A stretch of DNA of 64,000 nucleotides. Origin: Clostridia bacterium (GTDB lineage: Bacteria > Bacillota > Clostridia > Oscillospirales > CAG-272). The notes below the pieces were generated by a model. It made no database searches. It was not told the DNA's origin and saw nothing but the letters and a program-made list of their open reading frames with translations. The first letter of the stretch is position 1. The number at the start of each line of letters is the position of its first letter. The DNA is taken from contig JAFRQK010000038.1 in NCBI GenBank assembly GCA_017428635.1, positions 43,677 to 107,676 of the forward strand, in the 5' to 3' direction. Positions 1 to 8,896 of this stretch are shown here, one piece after another. The position numbers were made by a program, and so were the translations under genes.

Positions 1-1
1 C

Positions 2-157
2 GAGGTTCCGGTGTCTGTCAGCACGCTTGATATCGGAACCGACGACGCAAGTTCGGACGTTCAGGTCGAAGCGAACGTGACGGATGAGCCTGCCGACGAA
101 AATGTGTCGGAAGGCGCGGAAACAGCAAACGGAGAAGAGAATGGCGAAGATAATTGA
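2..157 (+). CDS. 3' end of an upstream CDS (Asp/Glu-rich tail); 5' end lies outside the window
   Basis: Frame is open from the window edge to TGA 155-157 (...DIGTDDASSDVQVEANVTDEPADENVSEGAETANGEENGEDN*). No domain recognisable. Overlaps the folD ATG by 17 nt. Confidence 0.25.
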   Translation, partial: EVPVSVSTLDIGTDDASSDVQVEANVTDEPADENVSEGAETANGEENGEDN

Positions 158-992
158 CGGACGGGAAATATCCCGTAATACGAGAGAGAATATAAAAAAA
201 CGCACGTCTGAATACGTCGAAAAGAACGGAAGAGCGCCGGGTCTCGCCGTCGTTATTGTCGGTGAAGATCCTGCATCTCAGATATACGTTCGTAATAAAG
301 CCAAAGCCTGCGAAGAAGTCGGTTTTCATTCCGAGGTCATAAGACTTCCCGCCGAAGTGACTGAAAATGAATTGCTTTCCGTGATCGAAAAACTTAAAGC
401 GGACGGTAAGATCGACGGAATTCTCGTTCAGCTTCCTCTTCCTCGCGGACTTGATCCCAAAGTAATAATCGACGCCATCCCTCCGGAGAAGGACGTCGAC
501 GCTTTTCACGTATCCAACGTGGGGAAGATCATGCTCGGAGAGAAGTGTTTTCATCCGTGTACTCCCGCGGGTATCATGAAAATGCTCGAACACGAGGGAA
601 TATCAGTCGACGGAAAAGAGTGTGTTGTCGTCGGTCGGAGCAATATTGTCGGTAAGCCGATGGCTATGCTCCTTCTGCACGCAAACGGTACGGTCACGAT
701 CTGCCATTCACATACCGTGAATTTGAAAGATATAACCTCACGCGCGGATATTCTTGTCGCTGCGGTAGGGAAGTCGAAATTCATTACGGCAGATATGGTC
801 AAAGACGGAGCGGTAATTATCGACGTCGGAATGAATAGGGATGAAAACGGTAAGCTTTCAGGCGACGTTGATTACGAAAACGTTGAAAAAAAAGCGTCCG
901 CGATCACTCCTGTTCCCGGAGGCGTCGGACCAATGACTATTACGATGCTTTTGGAGAACACTCTGCTGGCTGCCGAAAACTCAAGCAAATAA
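141..992 (+). CDS. folD: bifunctional methylene-THF dehydrogenase / methenyl-THF cyclohydrolase
   Basis: MAKIIDGREIS, VGEDPASQIYVRNKAKACEEVGF and PGGVGPMTITMLL are typical FolD. GGAG at 131-134 sits 6 nt before ATG 141. The ORF-track start at 84 has no RBS. Confidence 0.95.
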   Translation: MAKIIDGREISRNTRENIKKRTSEYVEKNGRAPGLAVVIVGEDPASQIYVRNKAKACEEVGFHSEVIRLPAEVTENELLSVIEKLKADGKIDGILVQLPLPRGLDPKVIIDAIPPEKDVDAFHVSNVGKIMLGEKCFHPCTPAGIMKMLEHEGISVDGKECVVVGRSNIVGKPMAMLLLHANGTVTICHSHTVNLKDITSRADILVAAVGKSKFITADMVKDGAVIIDVGMNRDENGKLSGDVDYENVEKKASAITPVPGGVGPMTITMLLENTLLAAENSSK

Positions 993-1017
993 CTATAATA
1001 TTAAATTAAATTAAATA

Positions 1018-1046
1018 TTGACAAGAAAGCGCGTCTCTGTTATAAT
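1018..1046 (+). promoter_or_regulatory. sigma-A type promoter of the rpsF-ssb-rpsR operon
   Basis: Perfect TTGACA (1018-1023), 17-nt spacer, perfect TATAAT (1041-1046). Confidence 0.75.
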
Positions 1047-1134
1047 ACTCTGGAACGCGCTTTTTGAGTTGCGCGTCTCTCTGCCGCCGAAATTCTATAA
1101 CGGCGGTCTGATGTCCATAGGGAGGTAAACTGAA
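1047..1134 (+). promoter_or_regulatory. candidate rpsF 5' leader (possible S6:S18 autoregulatory RNA)
   Basis: ~88-nt leader with two hairpins: ACGCGC-N10-GCGCGT (1055-1076) and GCCGCC-N12-GGCGGT (1083-1106). It lies just upstream of the AGGGAGG RBS. A leader motif at this position is known from the literature. Consensus not checked. Confidence 0.4.
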
Positions 1135-1440
1135 ATGGAGAAAAAGCTCAAATCCTATGAAACGCTTTTCGTGATCGATGCGGATCTTTCCGAGGAAGAT
1201 ACGAAAGCGGCCGTGGAGAAGTTCACGGCGCTGATCTCTCAGCACGGAGAGATCGAAGAAGTAAACGAGTGGGGCAAAAGAAAGCTCGCTTACCCCATCG
1301 ATTACAAGACCGAGGGTTATTACGTTCTCGTCACTTTCAAAAGCGAGCCCGATTTCCCGTCAGAACTTGAAAGAATCTTCAACATCACGGACAATATCCT
1401 TCGTTCGATCGTGATCGCAAAAGAAGAGAAATCCGCATAA
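1135..1440 (+). CDS. rpsF: 30S ribosomal protein S6
   Basis: YETLFVIDADLSEE...WGKRKLAYPI...GYYVLVTF is typical S6. AGGGAGG RBS. Conserved rpsF-ssb-rpsR order. Confidence 0.95.
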   Translation: MEKKLKSYETLFVIDADLSEEDTKAAVEKFTALISQHGEIEEVNEWGKRKLAYPIDYKTEGYYVLVTFKSEPDFPSELERIFNITDNILRSIVIAKEEKSA

Positions 1441-1458
1441 CTTACGGGGGAGAATAAC

Positions 1459-1938
1459 ATGGCAAACTTTAATTTCAACAAAGTCATTCTGGGCGGCCGG
1501 CTTACAGCCGATCCCGAACTCAGAACGACAGCGACCGGAGTATCCGTCGTTTCTTTTACCGTTGCGGTTAACAGAAGATTTGTTAACAAAAACAACGAGG
1601 ATCAGCCTCAGGCCGATTTCATTAACTGCACCGCTTGGAGAGCGACCGCGGAATTTATTTCCCGTTATTTCAAAAAAGCAAGTTCTATCTGCGTCGTCGG
1701 TTCCATTCAGACGAGAAACTGGACCGATCAGCAGGGTCAGAAACGTTTTTCTACCGACGTCGTTGTTGATGAGGCTATGTTTGTAGACTCTAAGAGTGAA
1801 AGACCCGCGGGTCTGCAGAACGACAGCGCGTCATATACGCCCGAAGGGTACGGCGCGCCGGCGGCTTCTTTCGGCAACGCCGACGGTGAAGCCCCTAAAT
1901 TTGAAGAGATCACGGACGAAGAGGATCTTCCTTTCTGA
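1459..1938 (+). CDS. ssb: single-stranded DNA-binding protein
   Basis: N-terminal OB fold (NKVILGGRLTADPELR...VSFTVAVNR), disordered linker and canonical acidic tip DEEDLPF. Confidence 0.95.
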   Translation: MANFNFNKVILGGRLTADPELRTTATGVSVVSFTVAVNRRFVNKNNEDQPQADFINCTAWRATAEFISRYFKKASSICVVGSIQTRNWTDQQGQKRFSTDVVVDEAMFVDSKSERPAGLQNDSASYTPEGYGAPAASFGNADGEAPKFEEITDEEDLPF

Positions 1939-1996
1939 TCCTGCCGTCTCACATTTTATTTGAATTGCTGCATATGCAGCGGAACGGAGTTTAATT

Positions 1997-2464
1997 ATGG
2001 AAATTGAAAAGAATGATGCGGTAGAGACCGAAGTCGCCGCTGAAGTAGCCGAAGAAACCGTCGAGCAGACTGTTGAAGAGGCTGTTGAAGAAGTAAAAGA
2101 AGAAGTTGCCAAGGAGACTGTCGAAGAGACTGCAGCTCCCGAGGAACAGCCCGCTGAAGAGGCTGAGGCGCCTGCATCCGAAGAAACTCCCGCAGAGAGA
2201 CCCGAGAGAGCCGACAGACCTCAGGGCGGTAGACCCGCGCCGCGCGGCGGAAACAGAAAAAGAAGAAAAGTCTGCTATTTCTGTGCCGAAAAGATCGCTG
2301 AGATCGATTTCAAGGATACCACGCTCCTCAGAAAGTATATTTCAGAGCGCGCTAAGATCCTTCCTCGCCGTGTATCCGGTACGTGCGCGAAGCATCAGCG
2401 TCAGTTAACGACCGCTATCAAGAGAGCGCGTCATATGTCGCTTCTTCCTTACATCAGTGACTGA
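1997..2464 (+). CDS. rpsR: 30S ribosomal protein S18 with an ~80-aa acidic N-terminal extension
   Basis: C-terminal 75 aa are canonical S18 ([14 protein letters not shown]...[35 protein letters not shown]). GGAG 1986-1989 precedes ATG 1997. No internal ATG before the core. Confidence 0.9.
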   Translation: MEIEKNDAVETEVAAEVAEETVEQTVEEAVEEVKEEVAKETVEETAAPEEQPAEEAEAPASEETPAERPERADRPQGGRPAPRGGNRKRRKVCYFCAEKIAEIDFKDTTLLRKYISERAKILPRRVSGTCAKHQRQLTTAIKRARHMSLLPYISD

Positions 2465-2465
2465 T

Positions 2466-2505
2466 CAAAAAAAGAGCGGAGTTCGTTGAACTCCGCTCTT
2501 TTTTA
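2466..2505. terminator. bidirectional intrinsic terminator between rpsR and pgm
   Basis: AGAGCGGAGTT-N5-AACTCCGCTCT stem (2473-2499) flanked by an A-run and a T-run. Convergent genes on both sides. Confidence 0.85.
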
Positions 2506-4242
2506 TTTTTTAAGTGATCCGCGCTCAAGAGAGAAGACGTCTTCAATCGTTGCTTTACAGGCCGAAACCGCTTCGAGCGACGCTTCAAGACTGTCGCCGT
2601 GTGCAAGAACGTAGAACTTGATTTTAGGTTCCGTACCCGATGGTCTTGCGATGATCGCGTTTCCTTCTGCGGTTTTGAAATACATAACGTTTGATGAGGG
2701 AAGGAAAGTCGGCGTCACGTTCCCGGTCCTTAATTCTTTTATGGTTCCGGAAAGATAATCTCTTACCTCAACGACGGGACTTCCACCGATCTTTTCCGGA
2801 GCGTTATTTCGCAGGGTATCCATCATGGCGGCTATTTTTTCACGTCCGTCAACGCTGTCCTGATAGATCTCGGATGTATCTTCGGAATAGTAACCGTATT
2901 TACCGAACAGTTCGTCGAGCGCGTCGAGAAGGGTCATGCCGCGAAGATGATAGTACGCTGCCATCTCACAGATCAGCATTGAAGTCACAACGGAATCTTT
3001 GTCTCTTGCATGAAGCCCTTTAAGGTATCCGTAACTTTCTTCAAAACCGAGAATAAAAGTACCTTTACCGCTTTCTTCATGTTCTCTTATGACTTCGGAG
3101 ATGAATTTGAACCCGGTGAGAACGTTATACAGTTTTACTCCGAAACTGTCACAGATAGTTTCGGCCATTTCGGTCGTGACGATCGTTTTGACCGCATATG
3201 CGTCCGAAGGAAGTTCGTTTCGTTCTTTCAGCGCTGACAGAATATAATTCAGGAGCAGGCTGCCCATTTGATTGCCGCTGATCGTTTTGAAAACGCCGTC
3301 TCTGCCTTTCACCATAACGCCGACTCTGTCAGCGTCCGGATCTGTGGCGATGATCAGATCGGAATTGACGTTTTCCGCCAGTTTAATACCGAGTTCAAAT
3401 GATGCGGGGTATTCCGGATTGGGTTTCAAAAGCCCGGGGAAATCGCCGTCGTGGACCATTTGCTCGTTTACGGTGTAGATCTTACAAAGACCGATCCGTC
3501 TCATTATTTCCGGAACAAACTTCGCCCCGGCGCCGAAAAGAGGAGTGTAGACGACGCTTAACGATTCGGAAGCGCGTTTAACAACGTCAGGATTTACAGC
3601 TTCCCCGAGGACCGCGTCAAGGAACGCGAGGTCGATCTCGCTTCCGATGGAACGGATCAGACCGTTATCGGGGTTCGTTATGGGAATGTCCTCTAAAATA
3701 TCGATCTGATCGACAAACGCTCTGACACGTGCTACCGTTTCCTCCGTCGGCTGCGCTCCGTCCGGCCCGTATAGTTTATAACCGTTATATTCTTTTGGAT
3801 TGTGTGACGCGGTTATGTTGATCCCTGCCGTACAGTTAAGATATCTGACTGCAAAAGAAAGTTCGGGCGTGGGGCGTACGTCGTCAAACAGGTATACTTT
3901 GATACCCGAGTGCGCGAGGACTTCGGCTGCGCGGCGCGCGAAAAGGGAAGAATTGTTCCTGTTGTCGTGTGCGATGACTACTCCGCGCGTCATTGCAGTT
4001 TCACCGAGCGACTTGATCAGTCTTGCCACTCCTTCCGTGACGTGAGCGACTGTGTAAACGTTCATTCTGTTCGTTCCGGCGCCCATCTTCGCGCGAAGAC
4101 CCGCAGTCCCGAATTTCAGATAAGATCCGAATCTGTGTCTGAGCTTATTCTCGTCGTCGAGAATAGATCTGATCTCGTTTTTCGTCTCTGCGTCGACTTT
4201 TGGGCTGTGAAGCCACGCTTCGTAAATCTCGGTATAATCCAT
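2503..4242 (-). CDS. pgm: phosphoglucomutase / phosphomannomutase family (alpha-D-phosphohexomutase)
   Basis: Active-site loop TASHNPKEYNGYK and GTAGLRAKMG. Start reset to ATG 4242 (MDYTEIYEAW...) with GGAG 8 nt upstream. The ORF-track start at 4395 would run into htpG. Confidence 0.9.
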   Translation of the reverse strand: MDYTEIYEAWLHSPKVDAETKNEIRSILDDENKLRHRFGSYLKFGTAGLRAKMGAGTNRMNVYTVAHVTEGVARLIKSLGETAMTRGVVIAHDNRNNSSLFARRAAEVLAHSGIKVYLFDDVRPTPELSFAVRYLNCTAGINITASHNPKEYNGYKLYGPDGAQPTEETVARVRAFVDQIDILEDIPITNPDNGLIRSIGSEIDLAFLDAVLGEAVNPDVVKRASESLSVVYTPLFGAGAKFVPEIMRRIGLCKIYTVNEQMVHDGDFPGLLKPNPEYPASFELGIKLAENVNSDLIIATDPDADRVGVMVKGRDGVFKTISGNQMGSLLLNYILSALKERNELPSDAYAVKTIVTTEMAETICDSFGVKLYNVLTGFKFISEVIREHEESGKGTFILGFEESYGYLKGLHARDKDSVVTSMLICEMAAYYHLRGMTLLDALDELFGKYGYYSEDTSEIYQDSVDGREKIAAMMDTLRNNAPEKIGGSPVVEVRDYLSGTIKELRTGNVTPTFLPSSNVMYFKTAEGNAIIARPSGTEPKIKFYVLAHGDSLEASLEAVSACKATIEDVFSLERGSLKK

Positions 4243-4258
4243 GTGTTTCTCCGTTATT

Positions 4259-6130
4259 TCAGTACTTTTCAAGAACGTTATAACTGTCGGAGAGGAATGA
4301 AGATAACTCTTCCGGCGTAAGACGACGCTGCGACAGTTTGCAAAGGGATACGATCTGTTTAGCGAGCATTTCCGATTTTTCGGGATCCGTTTCATACGTG
4401 TCGCTGATCTTCATAATCAACGGAGATCCGGTATTCACGGTAAGCGTCGCTTCAAGCTCCATCCCCGGCGCGTCCTTGGAGTATAGTTTCATCATATCGT
4501 CAAATCTTCTCATATCCTCGGAGACCGAAAGAATGGCGGGTGTCGTCTTGTCCTTGAATGACGTGAATTCTATCTTGGTCTTCTCACCGACAAGTTTTCC
4601 GAATACGTCCTCAACGTGGGGCGGCGCGTCGATCGAACCGTCGTCTTTGAGCGCGTCGGCAACTTCGGAATCGACTCTGACGAAACGGACTCCTTCGGAA
4701 TTCATTTCGACGGTGGTTATGAACTGTGAATCAATGATCTTATCGAGCAGAACCGATTCGATCCCTTCGGAAGCAAGCAGGGAGACGTATTTTGACTGCA
4801 TCGTTTTGTCATTAGCGTAGTATATCTTGTTCTCGTGTTTTTCCTTGGCTCCTTCGAGGTATTCGTTAAGCGTGATGAATCCTCCCGAGCACTTTTCAAA
4901 GAGGATCGACTCTTTGACTCTGTCATAGAATTTCTTGTCGCGCATACAACCGTATTCAACGAACGTTTTGACGTCACGCCACTTTTTTTCGTATTCGTCG
5001 CGTTCGCCAGAAAACATCGAGTTGAGTTTGTCGGCAACCTTTTTTGTGATGTGCGCGGAGATCTTTGAAACGTACCCGCTGTTTTGCAGATAGCTCCTCG
5101 ACACGTTGAGAGGCAGCTCCGGGCAGTCAAGTACACCTTTTAACATTAAAAGAAACTCGGGGATAACTTCTTTGATATTATCCGCAACGAAGACTTGATT
5201 ATAATAAAGTTTTACCTGTCCCTCAAGACTTTCGTATTCGCTCGAGATAGCGGGGAAATACAAAATACCCTTGAAATTGAGAGGATAGTCGGCCTTAAGA
5301 TGGATCCAGAAAAGAGGCTCTTTGTAATCTCTGAAAACTTTTCGGTAGAACTCCCTGTATTCTTCATCCGTACAATCGGACGGGTTTTTGAGCCATAAAG
5401 GCGTCGTATCGTTAATAGGTTCTTTCGGTTTGTCCTCTTTTTCGGTATCGCCTTTTTCGCCTTTTTCGGATACGTTCTCGAAAAAGATCGGGACCGGCAT
5501 AAAAACGCAATATTTATTTAATATTTCTTTGAGTTTAGTCTCGGAAAGGAATTCGCTTCCTTCGTCATTAATATGCATGATCACCGCAGTGCCGAATTCG
5601 CCGAGGAAATCGTCCGCCCCGTCATAATCAGGCGTAAGTTCGTATTCGCCGTCCTCTCCGCAGGACCACTTTACTGCTTCTGAACCGGTGAATGATTTCG
5701 TAACGACGTCGATACGGTCGCTGACCATGAAAGCAGAGTAAAAACCGAGGCCGAAATGACCGATTATACCCGACGCTGCCGAATCTGATTCTTCACCTTC
5801 ATATTTTTTTATAAAATCAAGAGCGCCCGACAGCGCGATCTGGCAGAGGTACTTCTCAAGTTCGTCCGCGGTCATGCCTATACCGTTGTCTATCACGGTT
5901 ATGGTGTTTCCGTCCTGATCAAGACGAACGTCGATGCGTCCGTTATACCCCTCAACGTTTGCCTCGCCGAGCGATACGAGCCTTTTGAGTTTAGTTACGG
6001 CGTCGCAAGAGTTCGAAACTATCTCTCTTATGAAGATCTCTTTTTCCGAGTACAGCCACTTCTTGATTATAGGAAAAATATGATCAAGTTCAATGCCTAT
6101 TCCGCCTTTTTTTACTTCGTTGTCAGCCAA
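4259..6130 (-). CDS. htpG: molecular chaperone HtpG (Hsp90)
   Basis: N-terminal GHKL ATPase motifs (YSEKEIFIREIVSNSCDAVTKL, DNGIGMT) and a full-length ~620-aa Hsp90 architecture. TTG start. Confidence 0.93.
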   Translation of the reverse strand: MADNEVKKGGIGIELDHIFPIIKKWLYSEKEIFIREIVSNSCDAVTKLKRLVSLGEANVEGYNGRIDVRLDQDGNTITVIDNGIGMTADELEKYLCQIALSGALDFIKKYEGEESDSAASGIIGHFGLGFYSAFMVSDRIDVVTKSFTGSEAVKWSCGEDGEYELTPDYDGADDFLGEFGTAVIMHINDEGSEFLSETKLKEILNKYCVFMPVPIFFENVSEKGEKGDTEKEDKPKEPINDTTPLWLKNPSDCTDEEYREFYRKVFRDYKEPLFWIHLKADYPLNFKGILYFPAISSEYESLEGQVKLYYNQVFVADNIKEVIPEFLLMLKGVLDCPELPLNVSRSYLQNSGYVSKISAHITKKVADKLNSMFSGERDEYEKKWRDVKTFVEYGCMRDKKFYDRVKESILFEKCSGGFITLNEYLEGAKEKHENKIYYANDKTMQSKYVSLLASEGIESVLLDKIIDSQFITTVEMNSEGVRFVRVDSEVADALKDDGSIDAPPHVEDVFGKLVGEKTKIEFTSFKDKTTPAILSVSEDMRRFDDMMKLYSKDAPGMELEATLTVNTGSPLIMKISDTYETDPEKSEMLAKQIVSLCKLSQRRLTPEELSSFLSDSYNVLEKY

Positions 6131-6169
6131 TTTCAGAACGTCCTTTCCTGTATGAAATCACAATATATA

Positions 6170-6198
6170 ATTATATTATCGTTTGTTTTTTTTGTCAA
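6170..6198 (-). promoter_or_regulatory. sigma-A type promoter for htpG-pgm
   Basis: On the minus strand: TTGACA (6198-6193), 17 nt, TATAAT (6175-6170). Confidence 0.6.
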
Positions 6199-6410
6199 CA
6201 CTTCGGGCAGTGTCGAGTTCTGTCGAAAATGTAACTTTTCATAATTTTTTTTCGCTGCGGCAGAGTAAATATGTAAGGTCTTATAAACCTGATTTTTTTT
6301 AAAACAAAGCCTTGTAAATTACCCGGTTTTGGTATAAAATTATCTTCGGAGTAAGAGGCTCATAAAACAAGTCCCAAATATTTTTATTCAATAAATTGGA
6401 GGAAGAAATC

Positions 6411-7433
6411 ATGTCAGTAAAAGTAGCTATCAACGGTTTCGGAAGGATCGGCCGTCTGGCTTTCCGTCAGATGTTCGGAGCGGAGGGTTATGAAGTAGTC
6501 GCCATCAACGACCTTACGAGCCCCACGATGCTCGCACATCTTCTCAAGTACGATTCCGCTCAGAAAAAATACGATCTTGCCGATACGGTTTCCGCAAGTG
6601 ACGAAGACGGAACGATCACCGTTAACGGTAAGACGATCAAGATCTACAGTGAGAAAAATGCCGCTGATCTCCCCTGGGGCAAAATCGGTGTTGACGTCGT
6701 TCTCGAATGCACAGGCTTTTATACCTCGAAAGAAAAATCTATGGCACACATCGAAGCAGGCGCGAAGAAAGTCGTTATCTCCGCTCCCGCGGGAAAGGAT
6801 CTCAAGACGATCGTTTTCGGCGTTAACGAAGACACTTTGACGGCTGAGGATCAGATCATCTCTGCCGCATCCTGCACGACGAACTGCCTGGCTCCCATGG
6901 CTAAGGCTCTCAACGACTACGCGCCCATCCAGTCCGGTATCATGACTACGGTCCATGCTTATACCGGCGACCAGATGGTTCTTGACGGTCCGCACAGAAA
7001 AGGCGATCTTCGCCGCGCGCGCGCTGCCGCTGTGAATATCGTTCCTAACACCACCGGCGCCGCAAAAGCGATCGGTCTCGTTATCCCCGAGCTCAACGGT
7101 AAGCTGATCGGTTCCGCACAGAGAGTTCCGGTCTGCACCGGTTCCACCACGATCCTTGTTGCAGTAGTCAAGGGTAAGGACGTCACCGTTGACAGCATTA
7201 ACGCCGCTATGAAGGCGGCCGCATCCGAGTCTTACGGATACAACGAGGATATGATCGTTTCTTCCGACGTTATCGGTATCAGATACGGCTCGCTCTTCGA
7301 TTCCACGCAGACCATGGTCACGAAGATCGACGACGATACGTATCAGGTTCAGGTCGTCTCCTGGTATGACAACGAGAACTCGTACACCAGCCAGATGGTC
7401 CGTACCATTAAGTATTTCGCGGAACTTGCATAA
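6411..7433 (+). CDS. gap: type I glyceraldehyde-3-phosphate dehydrogenase
   Basis: [12 protein letters not shown] motif and SCTTNC catalytic Cys motif. ATG 6411 is preceded by GGAGGAAG. The ORF-track TTG at 6396 lies inside that RBS. Confidence 0.97.
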   Translation: MSVKVAINGFGRIGRLAFRQMFGAEGYEVVAINDLTSPTMLAHLLKYDSAQKKYDLADTVSASDEDGTITVNGKTIKIYSEKNAADLPWGKIGVDVVLECTGFYTSKEKSMAHIEAGAKKVVISAPAGKDLKTIVFGVNEDTLTAEDQIISAASCTTNCLAPMAKALNDYAPIQSGIMTTVHAYTGDQMVLDGPHRKGDLRRARAAAVNIVPNTTGAAKAIGLVIPELNGKLIGSAQRVPVCTGSTTILVAVVKGKDVTVDSINAAMKAAASESYGYNEDMIVSSDVIGIRYGSLFDSTQTMVTKIDDDTYQVQVVSWYDNENSYTSQMVRTIKYFAELA

Positions 7434-7444
7434 GTTTGCCGTTA

Positions 7445-7482
7445 AACCGCCGCGGCTTTTTGCCGCGGCGGTTTTCTCTTTT
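7445..7482 (+). terminator. intrinsic terminator after gap
   Basis: AACCGCCGCGGC-TTTTT-GCCGCGGCGGTT GC-rich stem followed by TTTTCTCTTTT. Confidence 0.85.
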
Positions 7483-7485
7483 CGC

Positions 7486-7514
7486 TTGATTTGTTCTTTT
7501 AGCGGGTGTATAAT
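7486..7514 (+). promoter_or_regulatory. sigma-A type promoter for der-plsY
   Basis: TTGATT (7486-7491), 17 nt, TATAAT (7509-7514). Confidence 0.6.
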
Positions 7515-7549
7515 AATAAGTTGAGAAATAAAGGAAGGAGGCGGTATCA

Positions 7550-8884
7550 TTGTCAAAACCGATCATAGCGATCGTAGGGCGGCCGAACGTCGGAAAAAGC
7601 ACGCTTTTCAATAAACTTACCGGCAAACGGACCGCTATCGTAGAGGATATACCCGGAATAACAAGAGACAGGATATACGGCGAAACGGAATGGCGCGGCA
7701 AAAAGATGATCCTCATTGATACAGGCGGGATCGACGCCGTTACTGACGATCCGATCCTCGTAAAAATGAGAGCACAGGCTCAGATAGCCATAGATACCGC
7801 TGACGTTATTATTTTCGTTTGTGATATAAGGTCGGGTCTCGTTTCAGACGATATGGATATAGCACTGATGCTTAAAAAATGCGGTAAACCCGTTATTCCC
7901 GTCGTCAATAAGATCGACTCTGTCGGAACACCACCCGCTGATTTTTACGATTTCTACAGTCTCGGATTTGAAGCCGAACCGATCGCGCTTTCTGCTCTTC
8001 ACGGAAGCGGAAGCGGCGACCTTCTAGATGAAGCTATGGCCAGGCTTCCCGAGTTTGAAAATGAGGAAGAACAGAACGACGTAATAAACGTCGCCGTTAT
8101 CGGAAAACCCAACGCCGGGAAGTCCTCTCTTATCAACAGGATCCTTTCTGACGACAGACTTATCGTTTCCGATATTCCCGGGACGACAAGGGACGCAATC
8201 GACACCTATTTTGAAAATGAACACGGTAAATACAACTTTATCGATACTGCGGGCCTGAGGCGTCAGAGCAAGGTCGAAGACAGGATCGAGAAGTTTTCCG
8301 TTATCAGAGCAAAAGCGGCTGTTGAAAGAGCAGACGTTTGCCTTCTCGTCGTAGATGCGGGAGAAGGAGTTACCGAGCAGGATGAAAAGATAGCCGGTAT
8401 CGCGCATGAGGCGGGAAAGGGAATCATCATCTGCGTAAATAAGTGGGATACGATCGACAAAGACAATTCTGTGACAAAAAAGTTTACGAACGACGTATAC
8501 ACGGCGTTATCATTTATGACCTACGCACCCTTGATCTTCATTTCCGCAAAGACGGGTCAGAGAGTCGACAAGCTTTTTGAAAAGATCAACGCCGTTAAGA
8601 ATATGGCGGATCTCAGGATCTCAACCGGAATGCTTAACGACGTGCTATCCGACGCGGTGACCCGAGTACAGCCTCCGTCGGACAAAGGCAGACGGCTGAA
8701 GATATACTATATGACCCAGACCGGTGTTGCTCCCCCGACTTTTGTTTTGTTTTGCAACAGAGTTGACCTGTTCCATTTTTCATATCAACGCTATATTGAG
8801 AATTGTCTCAGGTCTACTTTCGGATTTGACGGTACTCCTATAAAAATGATCATCAAACAAAAGAACGACGGCGACAAAGCCTGA
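7550..8884 (+). CDS. der: ribosome-assembly GTPase Der (EngA)
   Basis: Two tandem GTPase domains (GRPNVGKST...DTGG and GKPNAGKSS...DTAG) plus a KH-like C-terminus. TTG start after GGAGG. Confidence 0.95.
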   Translation: MSKPIIAIVGRPNVGKSTLFNKLTGKRTAIVEDIPGITRDRIYGETEWRGKKMILIDTGGIDAVTDDPILVKMRAQAQIAIDTADVIIFVCDIRSGLVSDDMDIALMLKKCGKPVIPVVNKIDSVGTPPADFYDFYSLGFEAEPIALSALHGSGSGDLLDEAMARLPEFENEEEQNDVINVAVIGKPNAGKSSLINRILSDDRLIVSDIPGTTRDAIDTYFENEHGKYNFIDTAGLRRQSKVEDRIEKFSVIRAKAAVERADVCLLVVDAGEGVTEQDEKIAGIAHEAGKGIIICVNKWDTIDKDNSVTKKFTNDVYTALSFMTYAPLIFISAKTGQRVDKLFEKINAVKNMADLRISTGMLNDVLSDAVTRVQPPSDKGRRLKIYYMTQTGVAPPTFVLFCNRVDLFHFSYQRYIENCLRSTFGFDGTPIKMIIKQKNDGDKA

Positions 8885-8896
8885 CAGGAGTTGCTT

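Noticed and set aside
1831-2408. Several 60-100-aa alternative-frame and antisense ORFs across the 5' half of rpsR (1831-2112, 1995-2177, 2106-2408)
   Set aside because: These are artefacts of the GAA/GCT-rich low-complexity repeat encoding the acidic S18 extension. No start signals are present.
4243-4395. N-terminal extensions offered by the ORF track for pgm (to 4395), fhs (to 24335), dnaG (to 47364), folD (from 84), sleL-like (to 14263), the SBP (to 44348) and hflX (to 50406)
   Set aside because: The extensions overlap upstream genes or lack RBSs. Internal starts have canonical GGAGG-type RBSs at 6-9 nt and match the conserved N-termini of the families.
6176-6240. Looked for a heat-shock operator (CIRCE or CtsR box) upstream of htpG. 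Found the inverted repeat ACACT-N6-AGTGT and repeated TGTCGA/TGTCAA
   Set aside because: It does not match CIRCE (TTAGCACTC-N9-GAGTGCTAA) or the CtsR heptad repeat as I know them. The TGTCAA is simply the -35 element on the other strand.
6414-7556. 380-aa ORF antisense to the whole gap gene, running through its terminator into der
   Set aside because: It exactly shadows a highly codon-biased gene in the complementary frame. It has no RBS, and its start lies inside der. The translation is low-complexity (G/R/D/V-rich) with no motif. It crosses a strong terminator hairpin. This is typical of a stop-depleted shadow ORF.
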